Assembly (NCBI GenBank): GCA_028281635.1
Contig: JANQJM010000052.1
Coordinates: 86 to 64,085, forward strand
Direction of reading: 5' to 3'
Source: Pseudomonadales bacterium
GTDB taxonomy: Bacteria > Pseudomonadota > Gammaproteobacteria > Pseudomonadales > Pseudohongiellaceae
DNA: 64,000 nucleotides
The position numbers and the translations under genes are program-made. Positions 16,114 to 26,327 of this stretch are shown here, one piece after another (position 1 is the stretch's first letter; each line of letters begins with the position of its first letter). A model generated the notes under the pieces. It searched no databases and was not told the origin of the DNA. It saw only the letters and a program-made list of their open reading frames with translations.

Positions 16114-18867
16114 TCAATGCGCCTCGTCCCAATTATCCCCAACCCCAACATCCACGATCAATGGCACATCCAAAGAGGCCGCCGTTGCCATACGAAACTT
16201 CACTCCCTGCGCCAAAAGTTCCACATCTCCCTCTTTAACTTCAAACACGAGTTCATCATGGACCTGCAACACCATCTTGGCTTCGATATCGTCTTGTTCC
16301 AGCCAATTGGCAATATCGATCATTGCTCGTTTGATAATGTCGGCAGCTGACCCTTGCATCGGCGCGTTAATTGCTGTTCTTTGCGCGGCTTTGCGAATCA
16401 TGGCGTTGCCAGCATGAATATTGGGAAGATAAAGACGTCGACCGAACAAAGTTTCGACATAACCTTTCTCATCCGCGTAGGCCTGAGTTTGTTCCATGTA
16501 GTCTTTCACACCTGGGTATTTGTCAAAGTAGCGGTCAACATATTTCTGAGCATCACCTCTACTAACATTCAACTGATTCGCTAAGCCGAAAGCTGACATG
16601 CCATAGATCAACCCGAAATTAATCGCCTTGGCACCGCGCCGTTGATCAGGAGTGACTTTGTCCAGGGGTGTATTGAAAACATCTGCTGCGGTTGCGCGGT
16701 GCACATCCTCATCACTGGTAAAAGCTTTTAACAGACCAGGGTCCTGTGACAAGTGCGCCATTATGCGTAGTTCAACTTGCGAGTAGTCTGCTGCCAGCAG
16801 TTTGCACCCTTTGTCGGGGATAAACGCTTGTCTGACTCTACGGCCCTCTGCAGTGCGAATCGGGATGTTCTGAAGATTGGGGTCAGTTGAAGAGAGTCGG
16901 CCTGTCGCCGCGACTGCCTGCTGAAAGGAAGAATGGATGCGGCCAGTTTTCGCATTCACTTCCAATGGCAGCTTATCGGTGTATGTGGATTTCAGTTTAT
17001 TCAGAGAACGGTGCTCTAGAATCAACCTGGGCATTTCGTACTGTTCAGCCAACTCCTGTAATACCGGCTCGGCAGTCGATGGTTGACCAGTAGGGGTTTT
17101 CTTCAATACCGGCAAGTCCAGTTTTTCGAAGAAGATGGTTTGCAATTGTTTCGGCGAAGACAGGTTGAACTCTTCACCCGCCAATTCGTAGACTTTGTCC
17201 TGCAACTTGTCCAGTTGTTTGGCTAGTTGCTTGCTCTGCTTCTCGAGTACCTTGGCATCCAGTTTGATACCATTTCGCTCTACTACTTGTAGCACTTCAA
17301 TGAGTGGCGTTTCGTAGTAGCGATACAAACCCGCCAAATGGCCTTGGCTCAACATGTCTTGTTCGAGTTTTATCGCCAACCGCAGAATCAGGTCGGCACG
17401 CTCGCAGCTGTAGTCTACGAAATCTTTGATCACCACCTGGGGTAGTGACAGCTTGTTACGACCTTTGCCCAACAAGCTCTCAAGACTCTTGGGATCAATG
17501 TCTAAATAAAAGCGCGCGATGTCTTCCAGGTGATGCTTCACCGCAACCGAGTTAAGAACGTAAGAGGCGAGCAATACGTCGGATTTTAGTGGTTGCAGAT
17601 CCACGTCATAGTTTTGCAACACATGCCGTTGAGTCTTAAGGTCGTAGCCAGCTTTTGTTAGCTCTGCATTCTCAAGGCATGGTTTGAGGGCTCCGAGAAC
17701 TTCGTCTGCAGTAAATTGATCTTTTTCTTCGCTATGACCACAGGGGATATAGAAAGCCCGGCCAATGCTCGGACAAACAGAAATACCAACTATTTCTGCA
17801 TCCATAAAATGTTCGCCGTCAAACTCGACACAAAACCCAAAGCGTTGTGACTTCTCCAGCTCAGCTACAAGTTTTTTCAGGCTTTTACTGTCCTGTACGC
17901 ATTGATACTCAATAGTTTCTGGTACTACTGAAACTTCTTCGGCTTTTGCCGCCGTCGAACTGGAGTCCTGGCCCCCGCCCAATACCGTTACATCGCCGCT
18001 ACCGCTTATTCCTTTCTCTTCGAGCTCTTTAATCCAGGTCTTAAACTCAAGCGCACTATAGAGATCGTGCAGATCTTCAGAGGCTTCTTCGCCAGCCACT
18101 AACTCGGTAATTTTCACGTCGATCTTGCAATCAAGTTTGATCGTAGCCAGCTCATAAGAGAGCCTTAGTTGATCAAGACTTTCTCTCAGCCGCTCACCAA
18201 TCTTGCCACCGACCGCTTCAGCGTTTTCGATGATTCCATCCATCGAACCATATTCAAGTAACCACTTGACCGCAGTTTTTGGTCCTACACCCGGAACACC
18301 AGGAATGTTGTCTGCCTTATCACCCATAAGTGCCAGGTAGTCCACAATTAGCTCGGGGCCGATGCCAAACTTTTTATTCACTCCCTCAATATCCAGAACT
18401 TCATTGGTCATGGTGTTCATCAGGGTAACTTTGTCGTTGACCAACTGAGCGAGATCCTTGTCGCCGGTAGAGACCAGAGTGTGCATCTTTTTCTTGGTAG
18501 CCTGCACTGCCAGGGTACCGATCACGTCATCTGCTTCGACGCCTTCAATTATCAGCAGCGGTAAACCCATCGCTCTTATGATGTCGTGTATGGGTTGAAT
18601 CTGACTGCGCAAGTCATCAGGCATGGGTGGCCGGTGGGCCTTGTATTCATCATAGATTTCATTGCGAAAGGTCTTACCTTTGGCATCGAAGACAATCGCA
18701 ATATTGCTGTCTGGGTGGCCCTTAATGAGTGCGCGGATCATGTTGATCACACCTTTAACAGCGCCGGTCGGTTGACCGCGACTGTTAACTAATGGTGGTA
18801 AGGCGTGAAAGGCGCGAAACAGGTAGGAAGAGCCGTCTACCAGGATGAGTTCTTTTTTAGTAGCCAC
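16114..18867 (-). CDS. polA: DNA polymerase I
   Basis: 917 aa with a GTG start. It has 5'-3' exonuclease, 3'-5' exonuclease and polymerase domains (DYSQVELRIMAH, QVHDELVFE). Confidence 0.97.
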   Translation of the reverse strand: MATKKELILVDGSSYLFRAFHALPPLVNSRGQPTGAVKGVINMIRALIKGHPDSNIAIVFDAKGKTFRNEIYDEYKAHRPPMPDDLRSQIQPIHDIIRAMGLPLLIIEGVEADDVIGTLAVQATKKKMHTLVSTGDKDLAQLVNDKVTLMNTMTNEVLDIEGVNKKFGIGPELIVDYLALMGDKADNIPGVPGVGPKTAVKWLLEYGSMDGIIENAEAVGGKIGERLRESLDQLRLSYELATIKLDCKIDVKITELVAGEEASEDLHDLYSALEFKTWIKELEEKGISGSGDVTVLGGGQDSSSTAAKAEEVSVVPETIEYQCVQDSKSLKKLVAELEKSQRFGFCVEFDGEHFMDAEIVGISVCPSIGRAFYIPCGHSEEKDQFTADEVLGALKPCLENAELTKAGYDLKTQRHVLQNYDVDLQPLKSDVLLASYVLNSVAVKHHLEDIARFYLDIDPKSLESLLGKGRNKLSLPQVVIKDFVDYSCERADLILRLAIKLEQDMLSQGHLAGLYRYYETPLIEVLQVVERNGIKLDAKVLEKQSKQLAKQLDKLQDKVYELAGEEFNLSSPKQLQTIFFEKLDLPVLKKTPTGQPSTAEPVLQELAEQYEMPRLILEHRSLNKLKSTYTDKLPLEVNAKTGRIHSSFQQAVAATGRLSSTDPNLQNIPIRTAEGRRVRQAFIPDKGCKLLAADYSQVELRIMAHLSQDPGLLKAFTSDEDVHRATAADVFNTPLDKVTPDQRRGAKAINFGLIYGMSAFGLANQLNVSRGDAQKYVDRYFDKYPGVKDYMEQTQAYADEKGYVETLFGRRLYLPNIHAGNAMIRKAAQRTAINAPMQGSAADIIKRAMIDIANWLEQDDIEAKMVLQVHDELVFEVKEGDVELLAQGVKFRMATAASLDVPLIVDVGVGDNWDEAH

Positions 18868-19098
18868 CGCAGAATCTCTCGTTGCTTATTATTGTGGAAA
18901 GCAAGTCCGGAAGGAGTCGAAAACTGGAGTTAGCCATTCCCAACACAAACTTTCGCTAGCAGGGGTATCGTATCCCAAGAGAATACTAGTTACTCGTAGA
19001 ATTTGTTCTATGCGGGTTGTTGTTCTGGCCCTTAGCCTGAAGCGATTTGGCTCATTATAGGCAAGCCATTGATTCTAGAAGAAAAATAGTGGGGCAGC

Positions 19099-19776
19099 TC
19101 AATCCAGAATTAGCTGCGGGTATAGCTCCAACATAATCTCACTTCGGATTGGAGGGCGAATCACGGAGTGTAGTTCGCCAGCAGGGTTTACCACGCTAAG
19201 GTGCACCGAATGACTAACCATGTAGTCGTCGTTTTGTGACGAAGGTGTCATGTGTCCCATATGCTCACTGTTTTCGCTGTCAGAGCTGTACGCCACAAAA
19301 AAACTTTCTGCCACGCGCTTGGTTTCATAGGCTGGCCCACTGAGACCGACAAACGAGTCATCGAAGCGCGACATGTATTCGGACAATTCGGCTATACCGT
19401 CACGTTCTGTATCCACTGAGATAAAAACAATCTGTGGGCTATTTTCAGCACCAGATTCCGAATAGCGCCGATAGAATTGCGCCAACTCCGTCATGGTTAA
19501 CGGGCAAACATCAGGGCAGGAAGTAAAACCAAAAAACACCAATGACCATTTACCTAACAGTTTTTGTTGGGTGAAGGGATCGCCGTCGTCATCGAGCAAA
19601 GTAAAACTTTCGATTGCCGTTGGCTCTGGGTAACGGGTGGCGCCCAACTCTCGAAGGTCATTGATCTCGTTGACCTCGGAGCGCAAAAGAAACAAATAGA
19701 TTAACCAAGCCGCGACCAGCAGATCGAAAACGATGAAGGCGGTGAAAGCTGTTTTGGCGTTGCGCGAGAGTTGCAC
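19099..19776 (-). CDS. SCO1/SenC copper chaperone for cytochrome oxidase
   Basis: N-terminal TM segment and the FGFTSCPDVCP CxxxC copper site. Confidence 0.85.
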   Translation of the reverse strand: MQLSRNAKTAFTAFIVFDLLVAAWLIYLFLLRSEVNEINDLRELGATRYPEPTAIESFTLLDDDGDPFTQQKLLGKWSLVFFGFTSCPDVCPLTMTELAQFYRRYSESGAENSPQIVFISVDTERDGIAELSEYMSRFDDSFVGLSGPAYETKRVAESFFVAYSSDSENSEHMGHMTPSSQNDDYMVSHSVHLSVVNPAGELHSVIRPPIRSEIMLELYPQLILD

Positions 19777-19791
19777 AATATACCTGTCTTC

Positions 19792-20676
19792 TTAGAAGAG
19801 GTAGTGGTCGATCACCAGTGCCACAAACAAAAGTGCGAGATAAACGATGGAGTACTTGAACGTATCCATCGCAGTGGTTGGACCAGGATTCACCATGAGC
19901 CTGATTGACCAGCTCATGAATCCAGCACCCAATGCCAGAGCAGAGGCAAGATAAAGCAAACCACTCATACCGGAGAAATAAGGCAGCGCGCTAACCGCAA
20001 TCAGAATGGCGGTGTAGGCGATGATATGAATTTTAGTAACGCGCTCACCATGGGTTACCGGCAACATAGGTACACCAGACTTGGCATATTCGTCTTTCCG
20101 ATGGATAGCCAGTGCCCAGAAATGCGGGGGCGTCCAGGCAAAGATAATGAGCACCAGAATCAAGGCATCCGCCTCAATAGTGCCGGTCACTGCAGACCAG
20201 CCCAATAGTGGCGGCATGGCGCCAGACAAGCCGCCAATGACAATATTCTGTGGCGTCGCATGTTTCAGATAACCGGTGTAGATAAAGGCATAACCAACGA
20301 AGGACGCCAGAGTGAGCCAGGCGCTGAGAGGGTTCACCCAGAGCATCAAAATAGCCATCCCCGCGAGCCCAATTGCTACCGCAAACACAGTTGCCTGCGT
20401 CGCATCCACTCGCCCTTGCGGCAGGGGTCGGTTGTGTGTGCGTTTCATGAGCACATCGATCTTGCGATCAATCAGATGATTCACAACAGCGCCTGAGGCT
20501 GCAACTAAGGCAATCCCCAGATTTCCCAATACCAGAATGTCGAGTGGCACCATGCCAGGTACTGCCAAAAACATCCCCACCAAAGAAGTAAGGATCATCA
20601 GCATCACCACACGTGGTTTGCACATTTCGTAGTAGTCGCGCCAACTGGCAGCGCGCTGGGAAGTCAGTTCCGTCAC
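19792..20676 (-). CDS. cyoE: Protoheme IX farnesyltransferase (heme O synthase)
   Basis: 294-aa polytopic UbiA-family protein (NHLIDRKID, WTPPHFWALA). Confidence 0.9.
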   Translation of the reverse strand: MTELTSQRAASWRDYYEMCKPRVVMLMILTSLVGMFLAVPGMVPLDILVLGNLGIALVAASGAVVNHLIDRKIDVLMKRTHNRPLPQGRVDATQATVFAVAIGLAGMAILMLWVNPLSAWLTLASFVGYAFIYTGYLKHATPQNIVIGGLSGAMPPLLGWSAVTGTIEADALILVLIIFAWTPPHFWALAIHRKDEYAKSGVPMLPVTHGERVTKIHIIAYTAILIAVSALPYFSGMSGLLYLASALALGAGFMSWSIRLMVNPGPTTAMDTFKYSIVYLALLFVALVIDHYLF

Positions 20677-21290
20677 TGTCGTTACTCTACGGTTAGTAAG
20701 AATATGGGAATGTTCACAAGTGCCGCCCGTTCGCTGAGCCCATGGCTCATCTTTTTGGGCGGCGGTATTTCAACATTTTTCGTTGATGATCTCAAGCTGA
20801 GCACACTAACGAGGCAGGCATTTTCACAGATTTTCTGACCGATTGTTAGTGAATTTCAGCGTCTCGAATTGAAGCTGACAGTTTCCTGTCAAAATTACTT
20901 GATTTATCGCAGTTTCCGGGGCTTTCTAAGCCATATTTACTTGCTAGAAATGGCGTTTTTCTATAGCATTCCGGACCGCGTGAGGTGTGCCAAATTGCTC
21001 GATTTTTTCAGAAGTTTTCCCAAGGCTTCAGCCATAAAAAAGCGAAGAAATCAGCTGCGGAATTACCCCGTCCAGATAACAACAACATTAGGACAATCAC
21101 TCGGTTTAAATTGACGAAAAAATGAGTTTAGCAACAGCTTGCTCATAGTCCTCAATGCACTGGCATTGGAGTTTAAATCGGTGAATGTAACGAACAACAC
21201 TTGACTCATCGCTGGATCTGCGCGGAAACCCGGTCAGGGAATCTAACCGCAATCAAGCAGAGCAAACTTTAAAAAAAGGAATACTGGTTT

Positions 21291-22646
21291 ATGGCTCTTG
21301 CGGTCGTTATCTTTGTTCTGGTAGTCGCTACTATCGTCTTTCACTTCGCCAGCCCCTGGTGGTTTACCGACCTCGCTGCCGATTGGAGCACAATCGACTT
21401 AACCATCAATATCACCTTCTGGGTGACAGGCTTTGTCTTCATCGCCGTCAACCTGTTTATGGCCTACTGTGTTTGGAAGTTTCGCCAGCACGAAGGCCAC
21501 AAAGCCGTTTACGAGCCTGAAAATGCCAAGCTGGAGGTAGGCCTTTCTATCTTCACCACTATCGGCGTAATTCTCATGCTGGCGCCGGGCCTTTTCGTCT
21601 GGGCACAGTTCGTAACGCCACCGGAAAACGCGGCTGAATTCGAAGTACTTGGCCAGCAGTGGCAGTGGCAATACCGCTACCCTGGTGCTGACGGTCAACT
21701 TGGTACTGTGGACACTACCTTCGTTAGCCAAAGCAATCCTTTTGGCATCAACCCGGAAGATCCAAATGGTCAGGATGACGTCGTAGTCAACGATCCAGTC
21801 ATGCACCTGCCTTTGAACCAGCCAGTGAAAGCACTGCTACGTTCTAATGACGTATTGCACAACTACACTGTCGCCCAATTTCGCGTGAAGATGGACCTGG
21901 TCCCGGGTTTGGTTTCTTACCTCTGGTTCGACCCAACTGAAGCTGGAACTTACGATATTCTTTGTGAAGAGCTCTGCGGTATCGGCCACTTCATGATGCG
22001 TGGTTCAGTGGTTGTTGAACCACAAGTAGAATTCGATAGCTGGTTGGCCGCCCAGCCCACGTTCGCTGAAACTCAAAACATGGCTGCTCCCAGCGTTGCC
22101 GCGGGACAAGCGCAATACGCTGCCTGCGCTGCCTGCCACGGTACTCAGGGCGAGGGTAACCAGGCTCTGAATGCGCCTAAATTAGCAGGCCAGCAAGCCT
22201 GGTATATCGAGCGTCAATTGAACTACTTCAAGCAAGGCGCGCGCGGCGGCGAAGGTGATACCAACGGCCAACAGATGACCGCCTTCGCAAATATGCTGAC
22301 TACTGACGATGCGGTCCGCAACATGGCGGCTTACATCGCATCCCTGCCCGACAATCCTGCCGAACCCACAATCTCTGGTGATATCGATAACGGCTACGAC
22401 ATCTATGATCGTAACTGCGCTGCCTGTCACCTGGATGATGGTGCTGGCACCTGGTACACCGATGCACCAAAACTGGCTGGCATGAGTGACTGGTACTTTG
22501 TCACCCAAATCAGCAATTTCCGCGCAGGCATTCGTGGCTTGCACCCGGAAGATGATTACGGTGAGCAGATGGTGTGGATGGCTACTGCCATGGCAGATCT
22601 GGAAGAGATTGAAGACGTAGCGGCTTATATCAATACGCTACGTTAG
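21291..22646 (+). CDS. coxB: Cytochrome c oxidase subunit II fused to a C-terminal diheme cytochrome c
   Basis: Two N-terminal TM helices, a CuA site (DVLHNY...CEELCGIGHFMM) and two CAACH heme c sites. Confidence 0.9.
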   Translation: MALAVVIFVLVVATIVFHFASPWWFTDLAADWSTIDLTINITFWVTGFVFIAVNLFMAYCVWKFRQHEGHKAVYEPENAKLEVGLSIFTTIGVILMLAPGLFVWAQFVTPPENAAEFEVLGQQWQWQYRYPGADGQLGTVDTTFVSQSNPFGINPEDPNGQDDVVVNDPVMHLPLNQPVKALLRSNDVLHNYTVAQFRVKMDLVPGLVSYLWFDPTEAGTYDILCEELCGIGHFMMRGSVVVEPQVEFDSWLAAQPTFAETQNMAAPSVAAGQAQYAACAACHGTQGEGNQALNAPKLAGQQAWYIERQLNYFKQGARGGEGDTNGQQMTAFANMLTTDDAVRNMAAYIASLPDNPAEPTISGDIDNGYDIYDRNCAACHLDDGAGTWYTDAPKLAGMSDWYFVTQISNFRAGIRGLHPEDDYGEQMVWMATAMADLEEIEDVAAYINTLR

Positions 22647-22719
22647 AACACAGTTTAAAGTCTTAGAGTTTTATCCAGCTAAAGCGGCTGAAATATTTAG
22701 AGAGAGTTAGGAGGTATTA

Positions 22720-24510
22720 ATGGCTTACGTACCATTAGCGGACCGAGATCATGAGATGGAGATGCACCATCCTCACACTTGGATCGGAAAATACGTTTGG
22801 AGCCAAGATCATAAAGTGATTGCCATTCAATATGGCAGCATCGCGATCTTCACTGGTGTTGTTGGACTGGTGCTTTCGCTGATGTTCCGTATGCAGTTGG
22901 GTTTTCCCGACACGGTAGATTTTGTAGATCCTAACTTCTATTACCAGGCCATCACCATGCACGGCATGATCATGGTGGTTTATTTCCTTACTGCACTCTT
23001 CCTCGGGGGCTTTGGAAACTACTTGGTGCCGCTGATGTGCGGTGCACGAGACATGGTGTTCCCCTTCATGAACATGCTCTCGGTGTGGGTGTTCCTGCTG
23101 TCAGTGATTATTTTGATGGCCAGCTTTTTTGTTGGAGGTGGGCCCACCGGTGCAGGATGGACTCTGTATCCTCCGCAGACAGCCATGGAAGGAACACCTG
23201 GTCACGACATGGGCATCATTCTCATGTTGGTGTCACTGGCTGTGTTTATCGTGGCATTCACCATGGGTGGTCTTAACTACGTGGTCACCATCCTGCAGTA
23301 TCGCTGCCGTGGCCTTACCATGATGCGTCTGCCGCTTTCTATCTGGGGCATCTTTGTCGCAACAGTTCTGGGTCTGTTTGCATTCCCGGCATTGTTGGTT
23401 GCGGCCATCATGATGTTGTTCGATACCTTGCTTGGCACCAGCTTCTTCATGCCGGCAGTAATCGAAGCAGGCACTGCGCTCGACCACAACGGCGGTAGTC
23501 CGATTCTGTTCCAGCATCTATTCTGGTTCTTCGGCCACCCCGAAGTGTATATCGTTGCGCTGCCAGCTTTCGGACTGGTATCTGACGTACTCAGCGTACA
23601 CGCCCGCAAGAACATCTTCGGTTATCGCATGATGGTATGGGCGATCATCGCTATCGGCGGACTGAGCTTCATCGTATGGGCGCACCACATGTATGTGTCT
23701 GGCATGAATCCTTACTTCGGATTCTTCTTTGCCACCACAACATTGATTATTGCTGTACCCACCGCACTCAAAGTCTACAACTGGGTGTTAACACTGTGGG
23801 AAGGTGACATTCGTATGAATGTGCCGATGTATTTTGCCATCGGTTTTATCTTTACTTTCATCCATGGCGGTCTGACCGGACTGTTCCTGGGTAATGTGGT
23901 TATCGATTTGCCACTCTCTGATACCTACTTCGTGATTGCTCACTTCCATATGGTAATGGGTGTATCGCCAATCCTGGTGCTTTACGCTGCGATCTATCAC
24001 TGGTATCCGAAGATGTCTGGTCGCATGTTCCATGAAGGCATGGCTAAGGTTCATTTCTGGCTGACTTTCCTGGGTGCTTACGCCATCTACTTGCCAATGC
24101 ACTACCTGGGTTTCTTAGGTGTACCACGCCGCTACTATGCGTTGGGCACAACTGACTTCATCCCAGCATCTGCACAGGATCTAAATGCCACTATTACAAT
24201 TGCGGCACTGATCGTGGGTATTTCTCAGCTACTGTTCTTCATCAACATTATCTGGAGCCTGAAGTACGGCAAGAAAGCTGATCCTAATCCTTGGGGAGCG
24301 GCTTCCTTGGAATGGCAGACACCAGACACACCACCTGCTCATGGCAACTGGGGTGATAGCTTGCCAACGGTTTATCGTTGGGCTTACGACTACAGCGTGC
24401 CTGGCGCGCATGAAGACTTCATTCCTCAGAACACACCTGAGAGTGAAGAGCCCACAGTGAGCGATGAGCATTTCGATCCTGATCACGACAAGTCTTTGGC
24501 GGATGTATGA
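22720..24510 (+). CDS. coxA: Cytochrome c oxidase subunit I
   Basis: 596 aa with the GHPEVYI, WAHHMY and AHFHMV heme/CuB ligand blocks. Confidence 0.95.
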   Translation: MAYVPLADRDHEMEMHHPHTWIGKYVWSQDHKVIAIQYGSIAIFTGVVGLVLSLMFRMQLGFPDTVDFVDPNFYYQAITMHGMIMVVYFLTALFLGGFGNYLVPLMCGARDMVFPFMNMLSVWVFLLSVIILMASFFVGGGPTGAGWTLYPPQTAMEGTPGHDMGIILMLVSLAVFIVAFTMGGLNYVVTILQYRCRGLTMMRLPLSIWGIFVATVLGLFAFPALLVAAIMMLFDTLLGTSFFMPAVIEAGTALDHNGGSPILFQHLFWFFGHPEVYIVALPAFGLVSDVLSVHARKNIFGYRMMVWAIIAIGGLSFIVWAHHMYVSGMNPYFGFFFATTTLIIAVPTALKVYNWVLTLWEGDIRMNVPMYFAIGFIFTFIHGGLTGLFLGNVVIDLPLSDTYFVIAHFHMVMGVSPILVLYAAIYHWYPKMSGRMFHEGMAKVHFWLTFLGAYAIYLPMHYLGFLGVPRRYYALGTTDFIPASAQDLNATITIAALIVGISQLLFFINIIWSLKYGKKADPNPWGAASLEWQTPDTPPAHGNWGDSLPTVYRWAYDYSVPGAHEDFIPQNTPESEEPTVSDEHFDPDHDKSLADV

Positions 24511-25121
24511 GTTTATTCAAGAACGTCACAACTAAGCCCTGGGAACGTAAAGGGGTAATCGGTGGAATGCGTCCAGAGGGCGCATTCGATACGGAAGCAG
24601 AACGGGTTGCCCTGTCCTTCTTTCTGATAATCGCCAGCGTTGTGTTCTCACTGTTTACCGTGAGCTACTACATTCGCATGGAATTGCCAGACTGGCAGCC
24701 ACTGTCTGAACCGGCTCAATTATGGTTTAACACTGGCTTGTTGGTTGCCAGCAGTATTCTTTTTCAGTGGGCGCGCAATATTGTGGCCCGCGGCGAACAA
24801 CGTAATCTTTACACTGCACTGATTGGTGCCGGTGTATTTGCGATTTTGTTCATTGTCGGTCAGCTAGTAACCTGGCAAAGCCTGCAGTCTGCTGGTTACT
24901 ACATGACATCAAATCCAGCCAATGCTTTTTATTATTTAATGACAGGCCTGCATGCCGTCCACCTCTTAGGTGGACTTTGGGTGTGGAGTAAGAGTGCGAT
25001 TCGTTTGATCTCAGGCGCTGAAGCCAAAGACATCAAACTCAGCATCGAACTGTGTGCTTTGTACTGGCACTTCTTGCTTTTGGTATGGCTGGTGCTGTTC
25101 GCCTTACTGTCGAACACTTAA
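24507..25121 (+). CDS. Heme-copper oxidase subunit III-family protein (first paralog)
   Basis: 204 aa with five TM helices and YWHFLLLVWLVLF at the C-terminus. ATGA overlap with coxA. Confidence 0.7.
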   Translation: MSLFKNVTTKPWERKGVIGGMRPEGAFDTEAERVALSFFLIIASVVFSLFTVSYYIRMELPDWQPLSEPAQLWFNTGLLVASSILFQWARNIVARGEQRNLYTALIGAGVFAILFIVGQLVTWQSLQSAGYYMTSNPANAFYYLMTGLHAVHLLGGLWVWSKSAIRLISGAEAKDIKLSIELCALYWHFLLLVWLVLFALLSNT

Positions 25122-25162
25122 CACATTACAACAACTTGCTTTATAACTAACAGGAAAGATGG

Positions 25163-25843
25163 ATGAGTGAAGCAACTGCAAATGAAGTCGTCGCTCACGA
25201 CGGGGTAACTGGTCTCGTCGACGACTGGAGCGCTGATAAACAGGCGTATCACGTGCCTTGGGGCAAGGCCATGATGTGGATATTCCTGGTATCGGACACC
25301 TTTATATTCTCTTGCTTCCTGGTGGGCTATCTCAATGTGCGAGTAACCACCACGGAACCTTGGCCGCCACAAAGTGAAATTTTTGCTCTTTCCTTCGGTG
25401 GAGATCCTATTCCACTGATTCTGATTGCGATCATGACATTTGTGTTGATTACCAGTTCGGGAACCATGGCACTAGCAGTGAATTTTGGTTACCGCAAAGA
25501 CAAGATGAAGACGTTCTGGTTGATTTGCGCGACGGCGGCTTTTGGTGCCACCTTCGTTGGCATGCAGGCTTTTGAGTGGACCAAGCTGATCGTTGATGAA
25601 GGCGTGCGCCCCTGGGGTAATCCATTTGGAGCACCGCAGTTTGGGTCGGTGTTTTTTATGGTGACTGGATTCCACGGCTTGCACGTATCGGCCGGTGTGA
25701 TCTATTTATTATGGGTAGCATTCAGGGTTAAACGAGGTTACTACGACGACAAAGGTTTTGAGATCGTCGAGATCGCCGGTCTCTATTGGCACTTTGTTGA
25801 CCTGGTTTGGGTATTCATCTTCGCATTTTTCTACTTATTGTAA
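25163..25843 (+). CDS. Cytochrome c oxidase subunit III (second paralog)
   Basis: 226 aa with TGFHGLHVSAGVIYL and YWHFVDLVWVFIF blocks. Confidence 0.85.
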   Translation: MSEATANEVVAHDGVTGLVDDWSADKQAYHVPWGKAMMWIFLVSDTFIFSCFLVGYLNVRVTTTEPWPPQSEIFALSFGGDPIPLILIAIMTFVLITSSGTMALAVNFGYRKDKMKTFWLICATAAFGATFVGMQAFEWTKLIVDEGVRPWGNPFGAPQFGSVFFMVTGFHGLHVSAGVIYLLWVAFRVKRGYYDDKGFEIVEIAGLYWHFVDLVWVFIFAFFYLL

Positions 25844-25855
25844 GAGGACACAGTA

Positions 25856-26242
25856 ATGGCTTCGGCTGAAGGACAACAACACCCTCTGGGTATCTACTAC
25901 AAGATTTGGATTCTGCTCTTCGTACTCAGTGCTTTCTCTTATGCTGTTGATTACTTCGACGTTCAGGGTGGTATGCGCTGGACTCTGGTTATCATCTTCA
26001 TGTTCTTGAAGGCTGGCTTTATCGTTGCCATCTTCATGCACGCAGTATGGGAACGTATGGCATTGGTACTTACTATTTTAGGACCACCTGCAGTGCTTTT
26101 GCTTTTGATCGGTTTTATGGCCGTCGAAGGACAGTACACTGAAGAAACTCGATTCGTGTATCGTGGTCACGACCGTGATGCTGTGGCGCTTGGACCAAGC
26201 GATTTACACGGTGATGAACACGGCGCAGAAGAAGCGCACTAA
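25856..26242 (+). CDS. Small subunit IV-family oxidase protein (CyoD/CoxD-like) with a charged C-terminal tail
   Basis: 128 aa with three TM helices. It is the last gene of the cox operon. Assigned by architecture and position. Confidence 0.55.
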   Translation: MASAEGQQHPLGIYYKIWILLFVLSAFSYAVDYFDVQGGMRWTLVIIFMFLKAGFIVAIFMHAVWERMALVLTILGPPAVLLLLIGFMAVEGQYTEETRFVYRGHDRDAVALGPSDLHGDEHGAEEAH

Positions 26243-26263
26243 CTACTGCTTCTCTGAAAACAT

Positions 26264-26301
26264 AAAAAAAGGGCTATAGAAATTCTATAGCCCTTTTTTT
26301 T
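26264..26301. terminator. Bidirectional rho-independent terminator between the cox operon and aroE
   Basis: A7-GGGCTATAG-aaatt-CTATAGCCC-T8, a near-perfect 23-nt palindrome flanked by A and T runs. Confidence 0.85.
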
Positions 26302-26327
26302 ATGTCTGCTTTTTTGCAGCGGAAGAA

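Noticed and set aside
20783-20795. FNR/ANR-like box TTGATGATCTCAA upstream of the oxidase operon
   Set aside because: The half-sites are spaced TTGA-N5-TCAA rather than the required TTGA-N6-TCAA, so it does not fit the consensus.
20869-21114. 81-aa ORF (TTG start) in the cyoE-coxB spacer
   Set aside because: It has no SD, no TM segment or other motif, and odd composition. I treat it as spurious, although the region itself is flagged as a finding.
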